Below, piece by piece: positions 26,471 through 36,697 of a stretch of 64,000 nt of DNA. This DNA is from Minisyncoccia bacterium. GTDB taxonomy: Bacteria > Patescibacteriota > Minisyncoccia > Phycocordibacterales > UBA9973. Positions within the stretch are counted from its first letter, which is position 1. Every line of letters starts with the position of its first letter. The notes below the pieces were generated by a model. That model did no database searches and was not told the DNA's origin. It saw only the letters and a program-made list of their open reading frames with translations. The stretch covers positions 2,339 to 66,338 of the forward strand of contig JBBRTD010000001.1 in the NCBI GenBank assembly GCA_038244685.1, given 5' to 3'. A program made the position numbers and the translations under genes.

Positions 26471-27733
26471 TTATGAAATAATATCTTTACCTAAATACTT
26501 CTGCAAAACTTCTGGAACTTTTATTGTCCCATCAGCTTGCTGGAAATTTTCTACCATTGAAACTAAGATGCGAGGAGTTGGAATTGCCGTACAATTTAAA
26601 GAGTGAGCGTAGTTCATTTTTCCATTCTCGTCTCTGTAACGAATATTTAATCGTCGAGTCTGGAAATCATGGAAATATGAAGCAGAAGATATCTCTCTAT
26701 ATTTACTCTCTTTTGGAACCCACAACTCTACATCATATTTCTTAACCTGCCCCATACCTAAATCTCCGCCACAATTAACAACAGTATGATAAGGAATATT
26801 TAATGACTCTATGAATTCTTCGGTGTTACGATTTATTTCTTCATGGAGAGCAACACTCTCCGCATGAGATGCAGCACAAAGAACCACTTGCTCTAATTTG
26901 TAAAATTCATGCACGCGGATTAAACCCTTAACATCTTTGGAATGACTTCCCGCCTCCCGTCTATAGCAAGGAGAAAAGCCTAAATACTTTTTAGGTAGTT
27001 CGTCTTTATTTAAAATTTCATCAGCATGATATCCCATAATTGGAACTTCGGCAGTTCCAGCTAAAAAGTCTCCATCTTGAGTTTTATATAAATCATCTTC
27101 ACCTTGAGGTAAATAACCTGTACCAAAAAAAGTTTTTCGATTAACTACTATTGGAGGAATAACAGGAATAAAACCTTTTTGTGAGAAAAAATCCATAGCA
27201 TAATTCCAAATTGCCATTGAAAGACGAACTCCATCTCCAGTCAAGAAATATCCTCTAAATCCATGAACCTTCACTCCTCTTTCAAAATCAACCATTTTTA
27301 GATTGGTCATTAATTCTATGTGATCTTTCGCCTCAAAATCGAAAGCTGGCTTTTCTCCCCATGTCTTTATTTCTTGATTATCATCATCACTTTCTCCTTC
27401 TGGAACTGAAATATCTGGGACATTTGGAACTGTAAGCATTAAGCCTTGCCACTCTGTCATAATTGCTCTTAATTCTTCTTCATTCTTTGTTAAATCTTCT
27501 TTGACCATTTTCATTTCTCCTATCATTTGACCTCGAATAGCCATATCTTTCTCTGTCGCAATAGAGTTATTCATTTTATTCTGCTCACCTCGCAAGAATT
27601 CTACACGAGAAAGGAGCTCTAGCCGCTTCTCATCAGTAGAAAGGAGTTTATCAACATCTACTTCAATATGCTTTTTCTTTGCCCCTTCTTTAATTACATC
27701 CTTATTCTCACGTATAAATTTAATGTCTAACAT
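26471..27733 (-). CDS. serS: seryl-tRNA synthetase
   Basis: N-terminal coiled-coil, class II motifs incl. GLIRVHEFYKLE; start at MLDIKFIREN. Confidence 0.9.
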   Translation of the reverse strand: MLDIKFIRENKDVIKEGAKKKHIEVDVDKLLSTDEKRLELLSRVEFLRGEQNKMNNSIATEKDMAIRGQMIGEMKMVKEDLTKNEEELRAIMTEWQGLMLTVPNVPDISVPEGESDDDNQEIKTWGEKPAFDFEAKDHIELMTNLKMVDFERGVKVHGFRGYFLTGDGVRLSMAIWNYAMDFFSQKGFIPVIPPIVVNRKTFFGTGYLPQGEDDLYKTQDGDFLAGTAEVPIMGYHADEILNKDELPKKYLGFSPCYRREAGSHSKDVKGLIRVHEFYKLEQVVLCAASHAESVALHEEINRNTEEFIESLNIPYHTVVNCGGDLGMGQVKKYDVELWVPKESKYREISSASYFHDFQTRRLNIRYRDENGKMNYAHSLNCTAIPTPRILVSMVENFQQADGTIKVPEVLQKYLGKDIIS

Positions 27734-27789
27734 AATATAGATAGTATATAAAAAAATGATATAATACACAAATAGAATAATTAGATTAC

Positions 27790-27900
27790 GAAAGATTCAA
27801 AAATAGCTCTTATCGTCGGGTCCGGATAATTTCTTGCTAGAAATTTCCTCGCTGCTCGGCCTTGCGGCCTTGCGCACGCCCCGACAACAAGACTATTTTT
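27790..27900. other. GC-rich ~110-nt element closed by a long imperfect inverted repeat in the serS/dprA divergent intergenic region; candidate structured RNA or regulatory element
   Basis: 27793-27815 (aaaaatagctcttatcgtcggg) pairs with 27878-27900 (ccccgacaacaagactattttt); interior ggccttgcggcc hairpin. Confidence 0.3.
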
Positions 27901-27922
27901 AAATCCTTCTAGGAAAAATCTG

Positions 27923-28786
27923 ATGGAAGATGTATACAAATTAAAATTTGAACAATTTCCGAAACCTCTACTTGAAATTCCCCAACCTCCTAAAACTCTT
28001 TATATAAGAGGTAAACTTCCAGACTCAAATTTAATTTATTTAGCAGTTGTTGGTTCACGTAAATATACTTCTTACGGAAAAGATATTTGTGAAAAATTAA
28101 TCAAGGGATTGAAAGGTTATCCTATTGTCATCGTCTCTGGATTAGCCCTTGGTATTGATAGCATTGCGCATCGAGCCGCTCTTGATAATGGACTCATTAC
28201 AATTTCATTCCCTGGGTCTGGTCTTGATAATAATGTTCTTCATCCTCATACAAATATTCGACTTGCTCAAGAAATAATAGACAAGGGAGGATGTTTAATT
28301 TCTGAGCTTGATCCTTCATGGAAAGCTACCCTTTATTCTTTTCCTCAAAGGAATAGATTGATGGCCGGAATTTCTAAGGCAGTACTAATAATAGAAGCCG
28401 AAGAAAAATCAGGAACACTCATAACTGCTCGAATGGCTCTCGACTATAATCGAGACGTACTTGCAGTTCCAGGGTCAGCCTTCTCTTCAAACTCTAATGG
28501 AACAAATTCTCTAATCAAACAAGGGGCTACTCCGATAACTAAAAGCGAGGATATACTTGAGGCTCTTGGTTTCGAAATTAAAAAGTTAACACAAACAGAT
28601 AAAGAAAAATATGCAGACTGTGGTAAAGATGAAATGAAAATAATAGAACTTCTTCGTGAACCAATGGAAAGAAATGATCTTATTCGTGAGCTTGGAATGA
28701 ACATTGGGACGGCCAATGCACTCCTTTCGATTATGGAGATTAAAGAATTAATAAAAGAAGAATTAGGAGAAATAAGGAAAGTATAA
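27923..28786 (+). CDS. dprA: DNA-processing protein DprA (Smf)
   Basis: AVVGSRKYTSYGK...SGLALGIDSIAHRAAL...AVLIIEAEEKSGTLITARMALDYNRDVLAVPGS. Confidence 0.9.
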   Translation: MEDVYKLKFEQFPKPLLEIPQPPKTLYIRGKLPDSNLIYLAVVGSRKYTSYGKDICEKLIKGLKGYPIVIVSGLALGIDSIAHRAALDNGLITISFPGSGLDNNVLHPHTNIRLAQEIIDKGGCLISELDPSWKATLYSFPQRNRLMAGISKAVLIIEAEEKSGTLITARMALDYNRDVLAVPGSAFSSNSNGTNSLIKQGATPITKSEDILEALGFEIKKLTQTDKEKYADCGKDEMKIIELLREPMERNDLIRELGMNIGTANALLSIMEIKELIKEELGEIRKV

Positions 28787-28850
28787 ATAATTTATTTATT
28801 TTTAATTATTTGCTAAAAAATATGTTTTCATGTAATACTTAGGAACATAT

Positions 28851-31070
28851 ATGAAATTACTTATCGTTGAATCCCCCTCAAAAGCCAAAACTATCGAGAA
28901 ATATCTTGATGGAGCTTATACTGTTCGTGCTTCAGTTGGACATATAAGAGACCTACCAAAATCGAATAAAGATGCTATTGATATACCAGCTGGATTTGTT
29001 CCACGATATGAAATTTCAAAAGGAAAAGAAAAAGTCGTAAATGAACTAACTGTCTTGGGAGAAAAAGCTACAGAGATAATGCTCGCAACTGACCCGGACC
29101 GAGAAGGAGAAGCAATCTCATGGCACTTAAAAGAATTACTGGATGAAGATAAAAAAATTAAGGCTCCAATCAAAAGAGTTACCTTTAATGAAATAACCAA
29201 AGAAGCAGTAGAAGTTGCATTACAAAATCCTCGTGATATCGATCAAGATTTAGTCAAAGCTCAAGAAGCAAGAAGAGTCTTAGACAGGCTTGTTGGTTAC
29301 GATTTATCTGGAATAATCTGGAAAAAAGTTCGCTATGGTCTTTCGGCTGGACGTGTTCAATCCCCAGCTCTCCGAATTATCATGGAAAGAGAAAGAGAAA
29401 TTAGAGCTTTTATTCCAGAACAATTTTGGGTACTAGAAGGACTTTTCCAAACAAATAAAAAAACTAAAATAACCTTATCTTGTGTTGAAGAACCACGAGA
29501 TAAAAAACTTGTCGACAAAATCCTTGAATTAGGAAATAAAGAAAATTGGTTTGTAAAAGATTTAAAAACAAGTGAGCAGAAAAGACAACCAAGAGCTCCA
29601 TTTACAACTTCAACACTTCAACAGGTAGCTAGTACACGTCTTGGATTCTCTCCTTCACGAACAATGCAAGTAGCACAGAAGCTCTACGAGAGCGGCTTTA
29701 TTACTTATATGCGTACTGATAGTACAAACATAAGTATAGTAGCCCAAAACCAAATTCTTGCATTAGTCGAGAAAAAATACGGAAAAGAATATGCTGAAAA
29801 ACATATATACAAAACAAAATCAAAAAATGCTCAAGAGGCTCACGAAGCAATTCGTCCAACCCATGTTGAACAAATAAAGGCAGGCATCAATGAAGAGCAA
29901 AATAAACTTTATCAATTAATTTGGGAAAGAGTCGTGTCTTCACAAATGTCTGATGCTAAATTATTAAAAACCAAAATTGTTGCAAACATAAAAGAAGGTG
30001 TTATTCCTGATTTTACAGCTAATGGATCCAGAGTCTTATTCCCTGGATGGCTATTATGTGAGACAGGAGCTCGAGGTGAAGATGTAGAACTTCCAGAAGT
30101 TACTATTGGGGAAAAGCTTGATCTTATAGAATTAAATAGTACAGAGAAATTCACCGAACCACCAAATAGATATACAGAAGCGGGTCTTGTTAAAGAGCTT
30201 GAATCTCGCGATATAGGAAGACCTTCCACTTATGCGTCTATTATGAAAACCATTGAAGATCGCGGTTACGTTCGAAAAGAAGGAAAAACATTGTTTCCTA
30301 CTGATACCGGAGATGTCGTTTCATCTTTTTTAGAAAATAATTTTGCTGAATATATAAGTGATACTTTCACAGCTGAGATGGAAGATAAGCTTGATGATAT
30401 TTCAAATGGAAAAAGAGACTATATAAAAACATTAAAAGATTTTTATATTCCATTTCAAAAAGATGTCAAAGAAAAAGATAAATTAGCGAAAGCTACAAAT
30501 ATGGGAGAAGCCCCAAGCGATATTCTTTGCCCTGTCTGTAAAGGTAATATGATTGTAAAACTTTCCCGTGGAGGTAAATTCTATTCATGTAGTCTTTATC
30601 CTGATTGCGTAGGAGCTCGAACTATTGAAGGAAATGTTTTAGAAGGACCAAAAGAAACAGGAGAAATGTGTCCGACTTGTGGAGAGAAAAAAGGTAAAAA
30701 TGGTGGAGGAAAACTTGTTGTTCGAGAAGGAAGATTTGGAAGTTTTATCTCTTGCTCTAGATACCCTAAATGTAAATTTATTAAACAAGACGAAGAAGAA
30801 ATGAAAAAGAAGATGACAGACATTACTTGTCCTGTCTGCAAAAAAGGTAAAATGATGGAAAGGCGTGGACGCTTTGGTGTATTCTATTCTTGTAGTGATT
30901 ATCCTGATTGTAAAAATGCCATCAAGGCAAAACCAACAGGAAATATCTGTCCACTATGTGAATCCCTAATGATGGAAGGAACAAAAACTATCCCTGAGCG
31001 ATGTAGTAATAAAATGTGCAAAAATCACAACCCTCATAAGAATGGTGATGACATTAAACTAAAGATTTAA
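28851..31070 (+). CDS. topA: DNA topoisomerase I with C-terminal C4 zinc ribbons
   Basis: Toprim MKLLIVESPSKA, catalytic region, three CxxC...CxxC ribbons at C-terminus. Confidence 0.95.
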   Translation: MKLLIVESPSKAKTIEKYLDGAYTVRASVGHIRDLPKSNKDAIDIPAGFVPRYEISKGKEKVVNELTVLGEKATEIMLATDPDREGEAISWHLKELLDEDKKIKAPIKRVTFNEITKEAVEVALQNPRDIDQDLVKAQEARRVLDRLVGYDLSGIIWKKVRYGLSAGRVQSPALRIIMEREREIRAFIPEQFWVLEGLFQTNKKTKITLSCVEEPRDKKLVDKILELGNKENWFVKDLKTSEQKRQPRAPFTTSTLQQVASTRLGFSPSRTMQVAQKLYESGFITYMRTDSTNISIVAQNQILALVEKKYGKEYAEKHIYKTKSKNAQEAHEAIRPTHVEQIKAGINEEQNKLYQLIWERVVSSQMSDAKLLKTKIVANIKEGVIPDFTANGSRVLFPGWLLCETGARGEDVELPEVTIGEKLDLIELNSTEKFTEPPNRYTEAGLVKELESRDIGRPSTYASIMKTIEDRGYVRKEGKTLFPTDTGDVVSSFLENNFAEYISDTFTAEMEDKLDDISNGKRDYIKTLKDFYIPFQKDVKEKDKLAKATNMGEAPSDILCPVCKGNMIVKLSRGGKFYSCSLYPDCVGARTIEGNVLEGPKETGEMCPTCGEKKGKNGGGKLVVREGRFGSFISCSRYPKCKFIKQDEEEMKKKMTDITCPVCKKGKMMERRGRFGVFYSCSDYPDCKNAIKAKPTGNICPLCESLMMEGTKTIPERCSNKMCKNHNPHKNGDDIKLKI

Positions 31071-31090
31071 AAGGCAAAATATGATAATGA

Positions 31091-31122
31091 TAAAAACTAG
31101 CTAAAAAAAGCTAGTTTTTATA
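31091..31122 (+). terminator. intrinsic terminator after topA (aaaactagc/gctagtttt)
   Basis: 9-bp stem + T-run. Confidence 0.7.
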
Positions 31123-31126
31123 TAAT
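31121..31126 (+). promoter_or_regulatory. TATAAT -10 element 6 nt upstream of the relA/spoT start codon (possible leaderless transcript)
   Basis: tataatatttgcATG; same 15-mer architecture (tataatatttccATG) precedes the internal Met of the 59810-61696 ORF. Confidence 0.35.
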
Positions 31127-31132
31127 ATTTGC

Positions 31133-32599
31133 ATGACACCAAAGGCTGAAGAAATATTTTCACTAATACACAATCTAAGAAATGAGGACAAGGAGCTTAT
31201 CCAAAAAGCTTATAATTTTGCATTTATAGCTCACAAAAACCAACTCCGCAAAAGCGGTGAACCTTATTTTATTCATGTCTTTGCTACAGCATTAAATTTG
31301 GCAGATCTAGGAATGAGCCCGACTGTTATCTGTGCTGGTTTTTTGCATGATGTATTAGAGGATACAGATACAAAAGAAGAAGATCTAGAAAAAGAGTTCG
31401 GTGGTGAAATTGTATCTCTCGTTAAGGGCGTTACAAAATTGGGAACGGTCAAATATAAAGGCATAGAACGTAATGTAGAAAATTTAAGAAAATTTTTCGT
31501 TTCAGTCGCAGAAGATTTAAGAGTCCTTGTAATTAAACTTGCGGATAGACTTCACAACATAGAAACATTAGAGCATGTAAGACCTGATAAACAAAAACGG
31601 ATTGCACTTGAAACTCTTGAAGTCTACGCTCCCCTAGCCAACCGTTTATCTATGGGTAGATTAAAGGGACGATTAGAAGATGCCGCTTTTAAATTTGCTT
31701 TTCCTAAGGAATATGAAGATGTTCGTAAGCTTTTAATAGACAGAAAGGACGCAAAAGAAAAATATTTAATTGAAGTGAGAGATGGTTTAAAAAAAGAACT
31801 GGAAGCAGCTGGAATTAAAAATACTCAAATAAATTACAGACAAAAACATCTATATTCTCTATGGAAGAAACTCCAAAAATACAGTATGGATATAGGAAAA
31901 ATATATGATATTATTGCTCTTCGAGTAATTGTCGACTCTGTTGCTGATTGCTATCACGTGCTTGGGCTCATACATGGAAAATGGACTCCTCTCCCTAATC
32001 GTATTAAGGACTATATTGCTATACCTAAATCAAACGGATACCAAAGTCTTCATACAACAATTTTTACTGGTACTGGTGGAATTGTAGAAATACAAATAAG
32101 AACTCATGAAATGCATGAAAAAGCCGAGAACGGTATTGCGGCTCACTTTATATACAAAGAGAAAAGTAATCCCTTAGAAATAAAACAATTTGAATGGGTC
32201 AACCAACTTCATGAATTAAACAAAGAAAAAGACAAAGAGAAACCAGAAAAATTTCTAGAAAAAGTTAAAATGAATTTTTTCAAAGATAGAGTTTTTGTCT
32301 TTACTCCAAAGGGTGATATTATCGATTTACCAGAAGATTCATGTGTCATTGATTTTGCTTATTGTATACATACCGATGTTGGTAATCATGCCCAGAGCGC
32401 TAAAATAAATGGCAAAAACTGTGCCCTTCACACCAAATTAAAAACAAACGACATAGTTGAAATACAAGTGAATAAAAATACTAATCCTTCTTCCAAATGG
32501 TTAGATCATGCAAAAACAAGTTTAGCGAGAAGAGAAATAAATGCTTACTTAAAAGACAATAGTCTGCTTTCTAAATTTTTATCTTTCGGAAAAAATTAA
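31133..32599 (+). CDS. RelA/SpoT-family (p)ppGpp synthetase/hydrolase (HD + synthetase + TGS, no ACT)
   Basis: HD FLHDVLEDT; synthetase DIIALRVIV...YQSLHTTI; TGS VFVFTPKGDIIDLP. Confidence 0.9.
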   Translation: MTPKAEEIFSLIHNLRNEDKELIQKAYNFAFIAHKNQLRKSGEPYFIHVFATALNLADLGMSPTVICAGFLHDVLEDTDTKEEDLEKEFGGEIVSLVKGVTKLGTVKYKGIERNVENLRKFFVSVAEDLRVLVIKLADRLHNIETLEHVRPDKQKRIALETLEVYAPLANRLSMGRLKGRLEDAAFKFAFPKEYEDVRKLLIDRKDAKEKYLIEVRDGLKKELEAAGIKNTQINYRQKHLYSLWKKLQKYSMDIGKIYDIIALRVIVDSVADCYHVLGLIHGKWTPLPNRIKDYIAIPKSNGYQSLHTTIFTGTGGIVEIQIRTHEMHEKAENGIAAHFIYKEKSNPLEIKQFEWVNQLHELNKEKDKEKPEKFLEKVKMNFFKDRVFVFTPKGDIIDLPEDSCVIDFAYCIHTDVGNHAQSAKINGKNCALHTKLKTNDIVEIQVNKNTNPSSKWLDHAKTSLARREINAYLKDNSLLSKFLSFGKN

Positions 32600-32604
32600 A
32601 CAAA

Positions 32605-32653
32605 AAAAACAGATGTTGTACGTCTACGTAAGACGTACAACATCTGTTTTTTG
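32605..32653. terminator. bidirectional intrinsic terminator (17-bp perfect stem)
   Basis: acagatgttgtacgtct-acgta-agacgtacaacatctgt flanked by A-run and T-run. Confidence 0.8.
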
Positions 32654-32660
32654 TATATTC

Positions 32661-33734
32661 TTAGACTGAAAAATTACTTATATTATAGAGGTCTACGTCT
32701 TCTTCTGATTTCTTTATCTCTTCATTGGTACGATCATCCATAAGATGAATATCATCATCGACTAGAGGTAAATTAGCGGCAGCTAAATCTGTTACTTCTA
32801 TATTAGAAGGCAAATCTGCCATAACTAAAGTTTGAACTTCGCCAACCCTAGACTCTGATTCTTTTTGAGAAATAAATTTCTCAAGCATTGAATTTGGATT
32901 ACCACCTTCATTTTTAGATTTTATAATATCTAAAATTGTTCTTAAATCATCATTCGTAAAGAAATCTATTGTAATATAACCACCGTTTTCTTTTTTCTCA
33001 ATATGAACACGAGTACCGAGTGTTTCTTGTAATTTACCTTCTATTTCACTTATCTCTGGATCTTGAATATATTCCTTTTTTCTTACTTTATCGAATGCAA
33101 TTTTACGAGCAATTTTTTCAGCATCTCTAACTGTTAATTTCTTCCACATTATTTCCTTAAACAAAACAGATTGTTCTTCTGGTCTATCTGAAAGCATTAG
33201 AATAGGACGAGTATGACCCTCACTTATTTTACCAGCTGATAATGCATCTAAAATTTCTTGAGGCAAAGCCAATAAACGTAAGGTGTTCGAAACATATTCA
33301 CGACTCTTGCCCATCTTTACTCCTATCTGAGTATGAGTAAATTTAAACTCTTCAACAAGTCGGAAAAAAGCTCGAGCACGTTCGACTGCATTTAAATCTT
33401 CACGTTGTAAATTTTCAATAATAGAAAGCTCAAGCTTGGCCATATTATCATCGCCAACACGAATAATCGCTGGAACCTGAGTAAGTCCTGCTAATTTTGA
33501 AGCTCTTAATCTACGCTCTCCGGCAATGAGCTCGTATTCTACTTCTATCCCTTCATCTTCCTTTACTATCTCTATTCTAGAAACAGTAAGTGGCTGTAAA
33601 ATACCATACTGACGAATTGAATCTGCTAAATCTCGTAACCGGGCTTCGTCGAATTCACGACGAGGCTGAAAAGGATTTGGCTTAACCTTTTCTATATCTA
33701 TCCAAAAAATTGAATTACTATAAAGCTGTGACAT
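32661..33734 (-). CDS. parB: ParB/Spo0J-family partition protein
   Basis: ParB N-domain FQPRREFDEARLRDLADSIRQYGILQPL and GERRLRASKLAGL box. Confidence 0.8.
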   Translation of the reverse strand: MSQLYSNSIFWIDIEKVKPNPFQPRREFDEARLRDLADSIRQYGILQPLTVSRIEIVKEDEGIEVEYELIAGERRLRASKLAGLTQVPAIIRVGDDNMAKLELSIIENLQREDLNAVERARAFFRLVEEFKFTHTQIGVKMGKSREYVSNTLRLLALPQEILDALSAGKISEGHTRPILMLSDRPEEQSVLFKEIMWKKLTVRDAEKIARKIAFDKVRKKEYIQDPEISEIEGKLQETLGTRVHIEKKENGGYITIDFFTNDDLRTILDIIKSKNEGGNPNSMLEKFISQKESESRVGEVQTLVMADLPSNIEVTDLAAANLPLVDDDIHLMDDRTNEEIKKSEEDVDLYNISNFSV

Positions 33735-33835
33735 GGGTACATTTTATCACAAAATTCCAATCTTGAAAAATTTAAATAATCATGTATACTTGTGAAGTAG
33801 CTTTGGATTAAAACCCTTGGCTTTAAGGATAATAT

Positions 33836-33918
33836 GCGTCGGTGGTAGAGCGGTCAATTACAACAGACTGTAAATCTGTCGCCTTCGGGCTACGTAGGTT
33901 CAAATCCTACCCGACGCA
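33836..33918 (+). tRNA. tRNA-Tyr (anticodon GTA), long variable arm
   Basis: Acceptor GCGTCGG/CCGACGC, anticodon stem-loop ACAGA-CTGTAAA-TCTGT, variable hairpin GCC-TTCG-GGC, T-arm GTAGGTTCAAATCCTAC. Confidence 0.85.
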
Positions 33919-33925
33919 CAATAAA

Positions 33926-33959
33926 AAAATCCCCAAGCTTATGCTTGGGGATTTTTTTA
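33926..33959. terminator. bidirectional intrinsic terminator shared by tRNA-Tyr and clpB
   Basis: atccccaagc-ttat-gcttggggat + T7; clpB stop codon lies in the T-run. Confidence 0.75.
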
Positions 33960-36650
33960 CTTCGTATTTATTTTACCTATTAACTTAATATTTGAAACTA
34001 CTTTTTTCTTTTTCATTTCAATTACAAGTTCCTTACCCTTAACTATTACACTTACAATATCTCCCTTCTTTACCCCTTTACCTATAATAAAATTAGCAAT
34101 TGGATTTAATATCTTATCTTGAATAAGTCTTCCAAGTGGTCTTGCTCCATAATGAGGGTTATAACCTTCCTTGGCCAAGTAATTAAGTGCATCTGCTGAA
34201 ATCTCAAAACCAATTTCTTTCGCTGTTAGTCTTTCGCGAACAATATTTATCTTAAGATCAACAATATGCCTAATCGCATCGATAGATAAGATATCAAAAA
34301 CAATTGTATCGTCGAGTCTATTTAAAAATTCAGGACGGAAATAATCTTTTAGTGATTCTAGTACTTTTTCTTTGGTATGAGTATACTCATCTTTCTTAGA
34401 ATTATTTGTAAAGCCTAATGTCTCCATCTTTTCTATAAACTGTGAACCAATATTTGAAGTTAGAATAATTATTGTATTTTTAAAGTTTACAACTCGTCCC
34501 TTTGCGTCAGTTAAACGTCCTTCATCTAAAACCTGAAGAAGAACATTGAAAACTTCAGGGTGAGCTTTTTCTATCTCATCAAACAAGATTACAGAGTAAG
34601 GTCTATGACGAACAGATTCAGTAAGATTCCCCGACTCCTCATATCCAACATAGCCAGGTGGTGAACCGATAAGCTTAGAGACACTATGTCGCTCCATATA
34701 CTCACTCATATCAACTCTTATAAGAGACTTGTCATCATTAAACATAAATTGAGCAAGCGCCTTTGTAAGCTCTGTTTTTCCAACTCCAGTGGGTCCTAAG
34801 AAAATAAAAGAACCAATTGGTTTATCAGGATCTGAAATTCCAGCTCTATTCCTTCTTACGACATTTGCGATTTTGCTTATGGCGACATCTTGCCCAATAA
34901 CCCGCTTTCGAAGTATCTCTTCCATTTTTGATAACTTTTCTCTTTCTTCCTCAAGCATTTTAGATAAAGGAATACTAGTCCACATGGATACAACTTCAGC
35001 TATATCTTCAGCAGTAATTTCTTCTTTCAAAATTCTACGAGATTTCTGTAATTTTTTAAGTCTCAAAAGTTTTGTATCTAATTTCTTTTTTAGGTCAGGA
35101 ATTTCTCCATAACGTATTTCTGCTGCACGAGAAAGATCAACTCGCATTTCAGCATTCTCTCCTTCAAGGCGGAGAGTCTCTAATTCCTTTTTTATATTAC
35201 GAATCTCTGCTACAGTTTCTTTCTCATTCTTCCATTTAAGCTCTATTTCATGTGTCTTCTCTTTTAGATTACTAATTTCTTTATCAATATCTTTAACTCG
35301 AGCTTGAGCATTTTTATTTGTTGATGATTTACTTGAATCTCTATTTATTTCCTTAAGTAGAGCTTCTCTTTCTATTTCAAAACGCATAATCTTTCTGTGC
35401 GCATCTTCTAAAACTGGCGGCTTATTCTCTAAGGATATACGAAGAGATGATGAAGCTTCATCAATAAGATCAACAGCCTTATCAGGTAAATATCTGTTTG
35501 TAATATATCTAGTACTTAAATTTACGGCAGCGATAATAGCATCATCTGTAATACGAACACCATGGAAAAGTTCATACTTTTCTTTTAGACCACGAAGAAT
35601 CGCAATCGTATCATCAATACTTGGTTCATCTATAAATATAGGCTGAAATCGACGAGCAAGTGCTGGGTCTTTTTCTATATGTTTTTGATATTCTTTTAAG
35701 GTTGTTGCACCAATTGCACGAAGTTCCCCACGAGCTAAAGCTGGCTTTAACATATTCGAAGCATCGAGTGATCCTTCAGACGATCCTGCCCCTACTATAG
35801 TATGAATCTCGTCTATAAATAAAATAATTTTATCATCTGATTTTTCTATCTCTTTCAACATACCACGAAGTCTTTCTTCAAATTCTCCTCGATATTTTGT
35901 TCCAGCTAAGAGTAATCCTAAATCAAGAGATACGACTTCTTTGTCTTTCAAACTTTCTGGTACATCATTTTTCGCAATTCTCTGGGCTAAGGCTTCAGCA
36001 ACCGCAGTTTTACCAGTACCAGCTTCACCTATTAAAATAGGATTATTCTTTGTACGCCTGGAAAGAATCTGCATCATACGCATGATTTCTTTTTCTCTGC
36101 CAATTACAGGGTCAAGCTTATCTTGTCTGGCAAGCGAAGTAAGATTCCTTGTAAATTTATTTATAAGTTTTGATTGCTTGGGTGTATTCATTTCCGTCCC
36201 CTTCTCTTTTCTTAATTGATTTAGGACTTCAATAACTTGATCTTTGGTAATTTTAAATTTACTCAAAAGCTCTCTTGTTTCTCCTGGTGTTTCTAAAAGC
36301 GAAACAAATAAATGTTCTGTTGAAACAAAATCATCCTTTATGTCAGCCGCAATTTTACTTGAATTCTCAATTGCCAAAGCAAGATCTGGAGTCAAATATA
36401 TCTGATATGACGGAGATAGAGTATTTCTATTTTCTGGTGATTCTATCATCTCGCTTAAATTATCAACAAGAAGAGTAGTGTCTACTTCCATTTTGTCTAA
36501 GATAGAAATAACAACAGAATCTTCCTGAATAAGAAGAGCCGTAAGTAGATGAAGAGTATTCACATGATTCTGACCTCGCTCAATAGCAAGCTCATGACTT
36601 TTTCGAATGACCTCCTTGGCTTTAGTTGTAAAATGATTAAATGGGGGCAT
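33957..36650 (-). CDS. clpB: ATP-dependent chaperone ClpB
   Basis: Clp N-domain, two AAA+ modules ([16 protein letters not shown]), long M-domain coiled coil. Confidence 0.95.
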   Translation of the reverse strand: MPPFNHFTTKAKEVIRKSHELAIERGQNHVNTLHLLTALLIQEDSVVISILDKMEVDTTLLVDNLSEMIESPENRNTLSPSYQIYLTPDLALAIENSSKIAADIKDDFVSTEHLFVSLLETPGETRELLSKFKITKDQVIEVLNQLRKEKGTEMNTPKQSKLINKFTRNLTSLARQDKLDPVIGREKEIMRMMQILSRRTKNNPILIGEAGTGKTAVAEALAQRIAKNDVPESLKDKEVVSLDLGLLLAGTKYRGEFEERLRGMLKEIEKSDDKIILFIDEIHTIVGAGSSEGSLDASNMLKPALARGELRAIGATTLKEYQKHIEKDPALARRFQPIFIDEPSIDDTIAILRGLKEKYELFHGVRITDDAIIAAVNLSTRYITNRYLPDKAVDLIDEASSSLRISLENKPPVLEDAHRKIMRFEIEREALLKEINRDSSKSSTNKNAQARVKDIDKEISNLKEKTHEIELKWKNEKETVAEIRNIKKELETLRLEGENAEMRVDLSRAAEIRYGEIPDLKKKLDTKLLRLKKLQKSRRILKEEITAEDIAEVVSMWTSIPLSKMLEEEREKLSKMEEILRKRVIGQDVAISKIANVVRRNRAGISDPDKPIGSFIFLGPTGVGKTELTKALAQFMFNDDKSLIRVDMSEYMERHSVSKLIGSPPGYVGYEESGNLTESVRHRPYSVILFDEIEKAHPEVFNVLLQVLDEGRLTDAKGRVVNFKNTIIILTSNIGSQFIEKMETLGFTNNSKKDEYTHTKEKVLESLKDYFRPEFLNRLDDTIVFDILSIDAIRHIVDLKINIVRERLTAKEIGFEISADALNYLAKEGYNPHYGARPLGRLIQDKILNPIANFIIGKGVKKGDIVSVIVKGKELVIEMKKKKVVSNIKLIGKINTK

Positions 36651-36697
36651 AAAAATATATTATTAATTAATAATTACAAATTAACAATTTAGGATAT

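Noticed and set aside
27734-27900. T-box riboswitch upstream of serS
   Set aside because: No T-box consensus (AGGGUGGNACCGCG) or specifier-loop architecture was recognisable; the leader is too short
32661-33734. parS site near parB
   Set aside because: No match to the TGTTTCACGTGAAACA consensus was seen by eye in or around parB, and I could not scan the window exhaustively. ParA is also not in this window
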